DNA of 42,906 nucleotides, from the NCBI GenBank assembly GCA_032718475.1, contig JAUCBJ010001067.1:1-42906 (forward strand). The letters run 5' to 3'. Position numbers and translations under genes: made by a program. The DNA comes from Nemertoderma westbladi (taxonomy: Eukaryota; Animalia; Xenacoelomorpha). Below the pieces are notes generated by a model. The model was not told the origin of the DNA and did not search any database. It worked only from the letters and a program-made list of their open reading frames with translations. Of the stretch, positions 11,134-21,544 are shown piece by piece (position 1 is the first letter of the stretch; each line of letters opens with the position of its first letter).

Positions 11134-13770
11134 GGTAGAGCAGAGTTGCAAGAAGTGCAGCAAAGTATCGCACTAGAACGCGACAAATTAGTCAACATAC
11201 AAAAGGGCATACCAATACCCCCAGTAACATTGTGTCAACCTGTTAGGTCTGAAGTATTACATGCGCAAGGTGTGGAGCCTACACGCATCTATACTGCTAG
11301 TGAAGTAGAAACTCCTATAGCAAACCCTATTAAGGGTGATTATAAATCTGTTGTTAATGATATTCCCTATAGACCTGATAATGATCCGAGAAATTTATAT
11401 ACCGATAATTCGATATTAAATAACACGATGGCCCAAGAAAGCTTTACGCGTCAGATGGCTAGAACAGAAGCCCGCCAAGCGGTCAAAGTGGGAGAGATCG
11501 TCAAATTCAATGGAGATGAGATGAAATGGTTACCTTTCAATGAATATTACAAAGACAGCATACAGAACTCTGTACTATCTAACGGAGAGAAACTTAGGTT
11601 CCTCATCAAGTGCTTGGAAGGACCTCCCAAGTTAATGGCGTTAAAGTTTATTGGACATCCAGAAGGATTAAGACAAGTTTGGGATACATTAAACATCAGG
11701 TATGGTAACAAGGATAACATAGCTAAGTATTTGTATGCAAAATTAGTAGCCCCCCGAAACTTCCTTAGTAGCGGGATTATAGAGTTTTCCAATGAGATTC
11801 AGGAGATCTGTAGACAATTGGACTGGTTAGGTAAGTCTCATGAATATCAGAGTTCCATGGTTATTGGAGCCGTAGTCTCTACTTTACCAAAGGGTGGAGT
11901 ATGTACACGCTGGGACAAGAAAGTGTTGTACATGAATGAACAACAACGACGAAGCCCTACCATGGCTGATCTCATGTCCTTCTTAGATAGTGAAGTAAAA
12001 TTACAACTCATAAAGCAGTCCAGAGAGAAAACATCGGAAAATAAGGTAAGTGAGAAACCCGTTTCTAGGAGAAGGATAATACCAGTGTGTTATACTGATG
12101 ACGGCGAAAGCCAAGCTTCTCAAGAAGAGGACAGCGGGAAAGACACAGCAAAATCTTACTATGACAACAAGACCTATAAAGACGTAAGTAAATACAAGTC
12201 TCGAACCAGTGACAGGAGAGAACAGGTAACAACAACTCCTCCTACGTCTCCTAAGAGAATTCACGGAAGAAAGCCCGAAGAAAGAACGAGAGTGCATAAC
12301 GTTACCCAAGGTAAAGTGAGTAACATCAAACCAAAATGTGCGCTGTGCGACGGGCCCCACCGTTTGAGTGCGTGTGCTGAATTTCTAAAGAAATCCCTTG
12401 TAGACAGACGTACAGTCCTGTGGAATAAGCGGTTATGCTATAATTGCCTCAGATCAGGACACCAACGGCGAACCTGTTACTCCGACGTAAAGTGTGCAAA
12501 GTGTGGCGCGAAACATCACATCTTGTTACACAGTGAGTTCGAACGAGACAACCCGAGTCAGGTAAGTGAGCCCGAACTACATGTCCAATTCAGTGATGTA
12601 AATGACACTGATCAAGAATCTGAGATGGAAGGATTCTATACGGACGAATTCTCCGACGCCAACGAATCCTGTTACCTAATAAATACCGCAGTGTATCGAG
12701 CACTTACTTACGAAAAGGACACCGACAATGAGTTCCCCCCAACTACCTTTGACAGACAACCATCTTGGAAAGCTCCAACTTCCAACGTAGGAATCAGAGA
12801 ATTTCCTGTAGTGCAGGTAAGAGTTCACGGTCCTAACAAAAGTTACATAGTGAACGCCCTCCTTGACTCCGGCAGCACAGGAACATTCATCGATCAAGAA
12901 CTAGCCGAAGATATCTTTGCTGGACAACCCAAATTCTGGACTAAATTGAATATGTCAGGAATTATGCAGGTTTGGAAATCTACCCTAACGGCAGATTACT
13001 ATGTAGGTGTGTTGTCCACCCCCCAGGATAAATTAGGAGCACAAGGTATAAGGTCGGTAAAAATGGTGGCTATAAAGAACTTTGCTACTACCCAAGCAGA
13101 CCTTTATAATTGGGACGAGGATGCGAGCATCCAACATCTTAAGATACCTCGATTCCAGACAGATTATCCTGGAGTGCAAATACTCATCGGCCAAAACGCG
13201 CATGAGGCGCTCGAGACATTGGAGAAACGGCCTGCTCAACCGCAGCCATTACAAACCTATGCGGTAAGAACTAGAGTAGGTTGGTACTTTACTGGCCCTT
13301 CCCGTAGAACTCTCAAAGAGAGATTACCTCAACAACAGGTATACCAAGTAAAGGAATGGGAAGTGGAGAGCAGTGATGTGGACGATCCAACTGAGGGAAC
13401 ACCATACTCCTCAGATAATGACGATATTAACTCCAATGTAGATCAATGGAGACATTGCCTTGGGACGATTAATCCAGCCGACATCGCTTCCAGAGGAGCA
13501 ACTCCTCAAGAACTGATAGATACTCCAGGCTGGTTAGGTGGATCCGACTTCTTAAGTAAAGAAGAAGAAGAATGGCCTCCTCATCTTACCACGGCGGAGA
13601 GTAGACAGGCCAAGGGAGCGGAGAAAGTAACACAACAACTCAATCGCCCAGCTAGTCGTTTATGTTTACTGGAAAGAGACCGAAAACTGTCCGGAAACTA
13701 TGGAAGGCAAGATACTCTTCCTACGACCACTTCCCTAATCCGACAAATATCTAGGGACTCCATAACGTAA
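11134..13770 (+). CDS. gag: BEL/Pao Gag (DUF1759-like domain, three Zn knuckles) plus aspartic protease, fused to RNase H and integrase-tail remnants
   Basis: KFNGDEMKWLPF...EKLRFLIKCLEGPP; CALCDGPHRLSAC, CYNCLRSGHQRRTC, CAKCGAKHHILLH; ALLDSGS; ILIGQN...TRVGWYFTGP; WRHCLGTINPADIASRG...WLGGSDFL...WP; LNRPASRLCLLE. No YxDD RT motif or DDE integrase core. Confidence 0.92.
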   Translation, partial: GRAELQEVQQSIALERDKLVNIQKGIPIPPVTLCQPVRSEVLHAQGVEPTRIYTASEVETPIANPIKGDYKSVVNDIPYRPDNDPRNLYTDNSILNNTMAQESFTRQMARTEARQAVKVGEIVKFNGDEMKWLPFNEYYKDSIQNSVLSNGEKLRFLIKCLEGPPKLMALKFIGHPEGLRQVWDTLNIRYGNKDNIAKYLYAKLVAPRNFLSSGIIEFSNEIQEICRQLDWLGKSHEYQSSMVIGAVVSTLPKGGVCTRWDKKVLYMNEQQRRSPTMADLMSFLDSEVKLQLIKQSREKTSENKVSEKPVSRRRIIPVCYTDDGESQASQEEDSGKDTAKSYYDNKTYKDVSKYKSRTSDRREQVTTTPPTSPKRIHGRKPEERTRVHNVTQGKVSNIKPKCALCDGPHRLSACAEFLKKSLVDRRTVLWNKRLCYNCLRSGHQRRTCYSDVKCAKCGAKHHILLHSEFERDNPSQVSEPELHVQFSDVNDTDQESEMEGFYTDEFSDANESCYLINTAVYRALTYEKDTDNEFPPTTFDRQPSWKAPTSNVGIREFPVVQVRVHGPNKSYIVNALLDSGSTGTFIDQELAEDIFAGQPKFWTKLNMSGIMQVWKSTLTADYYVGVLSTPQDKLGAQGIRSVKMVAIKNFATTQADLYNWDEDASIQHLKIPRFQTDYPGVQILIGQNAHEALETLEKRPAQPQPLQTYAVRTRVGWYFTGPSRRTLKERLPQQQVYQVKEWEVESSDVDDPTEGTPYSSDNDDINSNVDQWRHCLGTINPADIASRGATPQELIDTPGWLGGSDFLSKEEEEWPPHLTTAESRQAKGAEKVTQQLNRPASRLCLLERDRKLSGNYGRQDTLPTTTSLIRQISRDSIT

Positions 13771-14319
13771 TAACATATGGAGTGGGCGTGTGACTATATC
13801 ATTTTATATTTGTTTTTATTTTATATTTATGTATGTATTATTATGTAATTTTATTATAATCGTTTTCTTTAATTTTATTTAGTAGAATGTTATTTTAGTG
13901 ATTATTTAGTAGATTAGTGCAATATATTAGTGTTTATTACGTACGTAATTACTTATAATATATATTTAGTGCGACGGCGAGAAATAATTATTTTTCTCTT
14001 TCCTTACTGTCCGTATCCTATTATAAATACGTGACTACAGTAAGATGAAATGTCTGTACTTATTAAAGTACAATAAAGCTCCTACTATATTTAAGTATTA
14101 TTGGTAGGCAGAGTATTAGGAATGCAAAGTTCAGATCCTCATGTCTCAGCTAAACCAAGCTCTGGGTAGACCTTGGAAACGACTTGCCTCTTCACACTGA
14201 CATTGCTTCGTGCGATATTGCTCTCATACCATATATAATAATACATATAGTAGCGTGATGTCCCTATAACAGTAGCGTAAAACGCAAATAAATCTGTTAA
14301 ACCTTTTGACCATCTGTAA

Positions 14320-14600
14320 TTCTAGTCGATTAAGATATCGCGGCACCCACCGATATACTTGAAAGACAAATTCTAGAATCAGTGGTTAACGTCCCCAGAC
14401 AAGTTCTGGAATAAATCGGTGCCCATCTTAAATATTAATTTAATATTTAGTAAAAATCTGTAAAATTCAGGTCCTTTGAAATTTCTAGTCAATTAAGATA
14501 TCGCAGCACTTACCGATACTCTTAAAAGACAATTTTATAGAATTAAGGATCCTATGTCCCCAGACCTGCTCTGGAATCAAATTGTGTCAATTTTAACATC
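14320..14600 (+). other. Two diverged copies of a putative structured (pseudoknot-capable) RNA element
   Basis: Copies at ~14320-14432 and ~14482-14597 keep the stems ttcta/tagaa, gtc/gac, tatcg/cgata and ccag/ctgg while loops differ. Confidence 0.55.
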
Positions 14601-15212
14601 AAATAATAAAATTCACGGGAATAAATTCAAATTCATATTTTAAATGAATTTCATAAATTGTCATTTTGTACAATTTATAACATTCCCAAAATTCCATTAA
14701 TTAATAGATCATGGGAGCGGAGATTCATCCTATTGAGTGTATTAGAGTGTGAGAATCTCCAACATATAGTCAATAGCCGATAAAATTAATAAAATCATGC
14801 ATAAAGAGGATATTGACAATTAAATAATTATTATTAAATAGCATCCCAGATCTGTATGCATGAGAATTACCCTAATTCTACCGCTAGCATTCCATAATGT
14901 CACCATAGCAACACCCACGCTAGAATTAGAAGCAATCAAAAGAACAATAGAAAGCTTGTCCCATTGCATAGCATAGAGAATACATAGCACACTGTTAGTA
15001 TCCAAGGATACACAGTAATAACGTGACATTCTGGAAGGCACTGACTAACGGACAAATGGCCTGTATGTGTACAATTGGTGACAGTTGTGTGGAATTTGTG
15101 CGTTTGTAGGTGAATGTTACTGCTAAGGTGTGTTTACAGTAGCTAGTCGCAATTGTGAAAGTAGCCCAACTCTCCTATAGAAAGAACCTAAAGTGGATTC
15201 AAGCCTTTGGGA

Positions 15213-15355
15213 CGGACAGTGGAGTGACTTGTGCCGGTTATCGTTGTCGTGCTGTTGCTACATGTTGGCGTAAACACCGCGACGACGGTACATCGGCGCT
15301 GAGAATCCCACTGTCCGGGGGCAAAGAGAGGTAGGCAGCGACGTCCGCTCGCCTA
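15213..15355 (+). other. Long G.U-rich stem-loop plus a second hairpin upstream of the 3' ORF
   Basis: 15213-15222 pairs with 15308-15317, 15231-15238 with 15292-15299, 15239-15251 with 15278-15290; second hairpin at 15332-15355. Confidence 0.65.
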
Positions 15356-15379
15356 AACATAAACTCATTTCGATATTAA

Positions 15380-16850
15380 CAAACTCAGATAGCAGATATA
15401 ACGGAGTTGATAGAAGATGATCTTGGTATCAGGGAGCGATATACTCTACCTTTACAAGCATTTGTGGATAGCTTGATACGCGGTGAAACCGATCCAACCA
15501 TTACGGAGGACGATGGTCGTTATATCGAACCGCCGATGTCCCAAGAGCAACTTACGCGTGAATTGGACTATCGAAAATTCACCGCTCGCTATACGCATCG
15601 TAATAGTACGTATATGGACTTCCTAACTACCGGCCATCCTATCGATATACATGATACGGACGATGTAGACACCGAAAGGGAAATGGTTCTATTTAAATAT
15701 CATACCCAGCGGAGTCATAACGATAAACCGAGAATAGATCACGAAAATTCTATTCGTAACAGACTGGGAAGACGAACCAATATGTCTAGAATCTGAGGAG
15801 ATTCAACCTATCGCGCCCCGGAACAGCGACAACGATTACATCATAGAATGGTATCAAGGTCCACAGTGTCTCACTGCGTACAATTATCGCCATGCCAACT
15901 ATGTTTCTCGGCAACGTTGTCGGTTATGCGCATCGAGAGACCATGTTACGCCCATGGACACAAACGTCGTCCGCTGTTCCTATTTCCACGAACAACCGGC
16001 GATGGAAATTTATTGCGCGTATTGCAGACTCAATAACTTGCACATTTTTGCGGTTTGCCCTCAATTTATGACTCAATGTCACCATTGTCAACTAAAGGGA
16101 CACGCCAGTTTCGATTGCCCTTTTAATCACGATTTGGAAAGCGTAGATGAAATGATCACACTACGTTACATCAGAGCTTGGGAAGCGAACGCTGATTTAC
16201 ATTGTGATTCGTGCCATCGCTATTATCCCGGACGCGCTTACGAAGGAGTTTATGCGTTCCATCCTTATCTATTCGCTTCGGTTGAACAGAAATCACGCAT
16301 ATCGAGTTACGACCTACTGAAGCGCGTCGGAGAATGTATCTCAACCAAGTTCGTACGCAAATTTCTCAGGAGTGTTAATCCTAGCGACCTTCATTCCTAT
16401 AACTTAATCAATTATATCCGTCAGGATCCGGACTATGGAGACTTGTTTGTTAACTCACACCCCGAGTTACAGGAAGTATATCGACGGCCTTACGAATACC
16501 GAGCCCGCGAACGCGAGTTGGAAAGAACCATTAAACCCCGGAGGTTTCTAACTGCCTATGGTCCACCCACGGCCCTCGTTCAGACCACTCATAAAGGACC
16601 CGTAAGAGCGGCTGTCTTGAAACGAGCTCTCAAAGCCGTTAGACCCCTCTCCCCTGACGTTGATGTCAATCAACCCGGTACTTCGACTGGCGGATACACC
16701 GACCATAATCCTACACCCTCTGATGTAATCATATTGCACCCTTCACCCAGGAGTTATAGCCCTCCTTGTAAAGTGGCTCGCCCCAAAGAGAAAAGGACTC
16801 TGGCTAGCTTTAAAAAACTGCGTAAACGCCGTCCGCGCAAGAAAGACTAA
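15380..16850 (+). CDS. Extra 3' ORF (ORF3): multi-CCHC zinc-knuckle protein with a basic NLS-like C-terminus, in two overlapping frames
   Basis: Frames are open 15380-15796 and 15738-16850 (one +1 shift). Motifs CRLCASRDH, CAYCRLNNLHIFAVC, CHHCQLKGHASFDC and CDSCH; ends KKLRKRRPRKKD. Confidence 0.7.
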
Positions 16851-16919
16851 CTGTTTAGAGTATTTATGTATATTAGAAACTGTGATTTTGTATATTTTAT
16901 AGACTCAAATCCCATTTTC

Positions 16920-16928
16920 TGGGAGCGG
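16920..16928 (+). promoter_or_regulatory. Polypurine-tract-like plus-strand primer
   Basis: tgggagcgg immediately 5' of the 3' LTR TG. Confidence 0.7.
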
Positions 16929-18190
16929 TGTAAAAGCTTCTGTGGGATATAACTGGCCCCTTTGCTTCGCAATCCAGTTTCCCCCCAGGCGCTGGAATAC
17001 TCTAAAAGGTTCTCTAACTGTACATATATTCCCCTCGCCCGCAAGGTACCGCTACAGGTGTTTTAACGGACATAAAAGTCATTCGTCTATATACCTGCTT
17101 TGGCGGACATGGTAAGGCAAAAAACCCGTAATGCACCAAATACCTTTACACGGCTTGGCCTTGATGATTCAGATTGCGACATCTAGCAGCTGGTTGCTGG
17201 CATGGAAACAGCCATTGGACGCACGGTTCTTTGTTTGGTTTGAGCCAATCAGAGCGATTTTTTCTGTCGACGTGTAGATATTCGGCCGATGATACTAGGA
17301 GTGTTCAGTCTTACTGTTTTTTGGTGATACTGTTGTGTTGTTGCTTTCTAGGCCAGGAACACCGGCTCTAGAGTCAATTCGTTTTCATACTTTAGAAGAA
17401 ACATTAGTAGGCTTAAATTATAGAGCGTATAACTGTTATCTTGTCATAACATATCATTCATATCATATCTTAACCTACCGTCTTAATGCTTTTACTGTTG
17501 TCATATTTTGTATTAGTTGGTCGAATATTATTTGGAGAACATATATAAAGAACCCAAATTTCCCAATTTTCTTGATACACTACAGGTTAGAGAGACGGGT
17601 TATATATAGCGATTGCGACTTATATTGTTGTGGTTTGTAGTGAATTTAATGCTATTTGGTAAGCACTACATGATTCGTTGCTGTTCTCTTTATATATGAT
17701 AAAATTCATTGACGGTCGGCAAATTAGTGAGCAGTATTGTGTGTTACCGGTAGTGTGCATGATTGTGACTGATAACTAAGCATTTCCTAAAGAATGCGCC
17801 TCATACGTGAATCATAAGCCTTACCGACTTGCCGTTGTGATTAGTATAAGTCATATCTCTGTTTACCTAGATAGAGCGCCACGTCCTAAAGGAACTGTTA
17901 ATATTTCCCGAAAGTGAATAATATTAGTCAGAAATTATTTATTAACGGTCAATCGAATAATACAGTAAGCTTACACTGCAATAATAATCTAAGCCCTCAG
18001 AATCCACCCCCCCCCCCCCCCCCCCCCCGGGTATATCCAGCGGGTGAATGGACGCGCACTAGGCTGGCTTCTGCTAATGTTGTGTTTATTGGTATTAAAT
18101 ATTTGTCAACTTCTAAAGTCTATTTGTAAACCAAAAAGACATATAAATTTTGGCAGGTTAAACTGCTAAAGGTCTTCAAAAGCGCGTACA
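16929..18190 (+). repeat. 3' LTR (1262 bp)
   Basis: Matches 5554-6800 apart from a few substitutions and a poly-C expansion at 18007-18028. Confidence 0.97.
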
Positions 18191-18324
18191 GCCTGGAAGG
18201 ACCTCGTTTCCACTCACCGAAGCCCTTGACCTCGTTACTTGTAAGTTACATTTTTTTCGAGGTTTTAGAATGTTTGAATTTCCTCCCCTAGCCTTTCCAT
18301 TGCAAATTAATGGGTTGTATTTGT

Positions 18325-18605
18325 TCCTACTACTACTACTACTAGGATCGGCATGCTGCATTGCAGCTGCATTTTTAAGAATGCTGTGCCGGCTTATCGA
18401 CAAAGTTGCACCGCCACAACTCCCTATCACCCATGACATTTGCTAGATCATCCGCATCTTCAAGGCCAGTGTCCTTTAAGATGCGTCTCAAGAAAGTCAT
18501 GAGCTGTCCACCATGCTTATTCACTCCATAAGGCTGCCAAAGTACAAGATTATGCACTGGCTGGTCCTCACGGAAGCAATGTCCTGCAAAGCGGAGGCGA
18601 TTTTG
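18325..18605 (-). mobile_element. 3' end fragment of a second RTE-clade LINE with a short-repeat tail
   Basis: The minus strand reads RLRFAGHCFREDQPVHNLVLWQP...KDTGLEDADDLANVMGDRELWR, followed by an (AGT)n tail (18328-18343). Confidence 0.8.
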
Positions 18606-18610
18606 TTCCT

Positions 18611-18680
18611 AGAACAGTTTCCGTAGCTACAGAACAGTTACCGTAGCTACAGACCAGTTACCGTAGCTACAGAATAGTTA
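18611..18680. repeat. 20-bp tandem repeat x3.5
   Basis: Unit agaacagttaccgtagctac. Confidence 0.9.
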
Positions 18681-19249
18681 TTGACACCAGGACCTTCCCC
18701 AATCACACCTAATTTGAGGTTTACATTTCGAAGATCGATATATTCAGTAACCCACAGCAGCCTTCTTTATCAAAAGATGAAGTTCGACGATTAACCCGGA
18801 ATCTGTTCCGACGTCAGTGAGTAAAATGCCTCAAACTCCTCGAAGACCGCCACCTAAAATAATATAGGCCTACGCCTACCTTCCCCCAACAAAATTCATG
18901 AATTCTCGATGAAGTGTACATTTGTTCTTTATCTGATGATGAAATTGTACGCCCTAGCATGTGGTTTAACATGGAACATATCGAAGAGTTGTGTAATATA
19001 ACAATAGAGGGTCTATCACCGGCAATAACAAATATATGAATTTAAGAACCATCATGCTATGGTTATTATCCTGCCAAAACAAGCGGGACACCTATCTGAA
19101 TTCCGCGTGGACATATCGGCCCATTTGGAGGACCTCAAGACAATGCCTGATCACCTTAACAGATTTAGGTTTAAAAGTCAAAGGTAATGTTAATGACAAA
19201 CCAGACAAAAGTCCTTAGTTTGTATCCAATCCAAATACGATACAACATC

Positions 19250-19592
19250 TGGGGTAGGGCCGTCCCAGAGTAGTCTCCGTTTACAGTGACGCCAAGCCGC
19301 CAGTACCCCTGGACATGCACGCACATGCCCTCTCCGTCGCCCGGGAACGCAAACTCACCGCCCACCTCGAGGAGTGCCGCAATCTCGTGATGGAGGCCCA
19401 GGGTGGATGGCACTCGCACTGCAGTGCAGTCCTCTTGGAAATCGCTCGTCACCAGACCCCCCGTCGAGGCATTCCCGCACCCGATGCGGCCAGGCACCTA
19501 TTCCAACGCCTTTCCGTTACATTGCGGCGTGGGAATGCCGCGATGTGGCTCTGTAGAGGCCCTGTTTTCGCCCCCTCCGTAGACGGAATCCA
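19250..19592 (+). mobile_element. 3' fragment of a CRE-like non-LTR retrotransposon (restriction-like endonuclease domain)
   Basis: GC-rich island reading ALSVARERK...EAQGGW...HLFQRLSVTLRRGNAAMW, matching the RLE C-terminal QRLSxxLQRGNA motif. Confidence 0.75.
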
Positions 19593-20515
19593 GCAGTGCC
19601 GGATTAAGCCTCTGGTGGCCCTAAGGCACATTTTAGTAATTTCCAAAAATGGCCCGAAAATTGATATTTTTCCGCAAACCCTTTCAAAAGAAAAAGCTGC
19701 TAAAAACAACTGAAATTGTGAAAATATAAAGTATTTTCGTTGGATGACTGTGTGTAAATAAGTACTAAGTACTATTTTGTGATAGACAAAGTGTAGCAGT
19801 TACAAAATCGGTTCTAGAAGATCCAAATGGCCATGTTTTACAAACCAATATTCACGATTGTAGCCGTAAAGCTGCTAAACATTTTGTATATGTTTAATGG
19901 AAATTGAGTAAAAATTAAAAAAGTAGTAGGGAATTCATCTTTTATGAAAGCCCTTCTATCAAACCACAAAAAATTGTGTAAATTTTCGAAAATTTCATTT
20001 CTGTGGGTGTTATAGTTAGCCCCCTTAAGGCTGACTGACCCCTGTAGACATTTAGCAATTATGATCGAATCGTGGGAATGTGTTATTTATTTGCTGTAGG
20101 TTTCGCAGGGTACTTATCTTTACAGGACTTGCTGATAAATATAACACACTAAAAGTGTGGGCTTAGTGCAAAGATATAATATTTCTGATCTATATTTGGA
20201 CTTGCTGAGAAAGTAATGTTCTTCGATAAGATAAGTCTCGGAAATAAGTACTTTTTGTCACTAATTTTAATTTACCCCAATTCAATTACAGTATGCTGTC
20301 CGAGAGTTTTAGGTTTTGCAGGAATTGCACCTAAAATACCATCGAATGCAAAATGCAATACACGACGGGCATATCATCTTCATTTCGGTTAAATTAAATT
20401 GCAGTAGTGACAAGAAGTTATTTCTGACACGTTTTTTTTTTATCAACAACTATTTTATCTACAACAAATTTATCCTTTTTTTTATCAATTAGGGCCTATA
20501 TTAATAAAATAATAT

Positions 20516-20852
20516 ACTAGAGACGGCGTCAAGACGCCGTTAAGCAAGTCGGAAGTCATCAATCAAATGTAAATTCCATCAACAAGCTGTCATTGGTGTT
20601 ATTTTACCATTGCGCCTATGGCGTTTTTTCGTTAATCTCTATTTTTCGAGCCCACGGCTCATGGACGAAATAGCGGAACATACCAGGGACATTAGAATCG
20701 CGGTATCTAGCCGCTGTGAAAATTTCATCAAAATCGTTAGAGTAGTTTTGGCTGTAGATCAGTCAGTCAGTCAGCCAGCCAGCCAGTCAGTCAGCCAGCC
20801 AGCCAGTCAGTCAACAATTCTTACAGTAATCAAGTCCTACGACTTGCTAATT
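20516..20852. mobile_element. Helentron-associated non-autonomous element (HINE/DINE-1-like)
   Basis: Subterminal inverted repeats agcaagtcg (20543-20551) / cgacttgct (20840-20848). Hairpins at 20523-20540 and 20831-20846. 'aaatttcatcaaaatcg' is followed by a (CAGT/CAGC)n microsatellite at 20760-20812. Confidence 0.65.
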
Positions 20853-21544
20853 ATATTTACAGCATATAAAACTAATTCGTTGTACTGTTGTAGAGTAGCG
20901 ATATTCAGTCAGTCGCAGGTTGTCATACTGTAATTTCCGTTGGGGATTTTGTGACAGATTGATCTATTATTGCTGACAAAACTTGCAGTCACTAAATAGA
21001 CAAATTTTTATAATTTATTATTGGTGTTTTTGATGAATAAGTGGTTATATATTATGTCATTGCCGACTTTGAAAAGCTCTTCCTGTGCCAAACGAACGTT
21101 TTAATAATTGACAAATCTCATTTTGATTGGTTTTTTGTTTGCTGCTTGCTGACTACTAACTGTTTGTAATTTGTAATATTATCAATTAAATTATTGCATT
21201 GTTTGTTTGTATTGTTTACGACTGAATTAATTAAAATATAATATAACATTGCATAAACCATCTACAATACATAAATATTAATGAAGCAGTTAGCGGATTG
21301 TAAGTAATCGATTCCTAGAGATGAGTTTGTGTACACAGCGGGGGCGTGAATTAAAACAGCTGTTGTTACTTTGTTCTTCATGGAATTCAGATCAATGTCA
21401 CTTCAACTCAGATCACCTACACTTCTCTAGATTTTATGGCAATCCTACTATGTTACGTAGGAACTGTGAGCCATCAGTGAATAGCTCGTTATACAAGTGC
21501 CAGTATCCTAATGTCAGAGTGTTGGAAGCCATAAGTAACTAACC

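Larger units (their letters stand above)
5554..18190 (+). mobile_element. BEL/Pao LTR retrotransposon, non-autonomous, 12.6 kb
   Basis: Two TG...CA LTRs and a 5-bp TSD GCCTG (5549-5553 and 18191-18195). BEL-type gag and protease motifs. Purine tract tgggagcgg lies directly before the 3' LTR. Confidence 0.95.

Noticed and set aside
12094-12110. CTGATGA...GAAA hammerhead-like core (similar words at ~18933 and ~27223)
   Set aside because: No helix II or flanking helices can form, and the 12094 site lies within gag coding sequence.
19593-20050. Possible hAT/MITE terminus (cagtgccggattaa...)
   Set aside because: No matching second terminus or TSD found, so boundaries cannot be supported.
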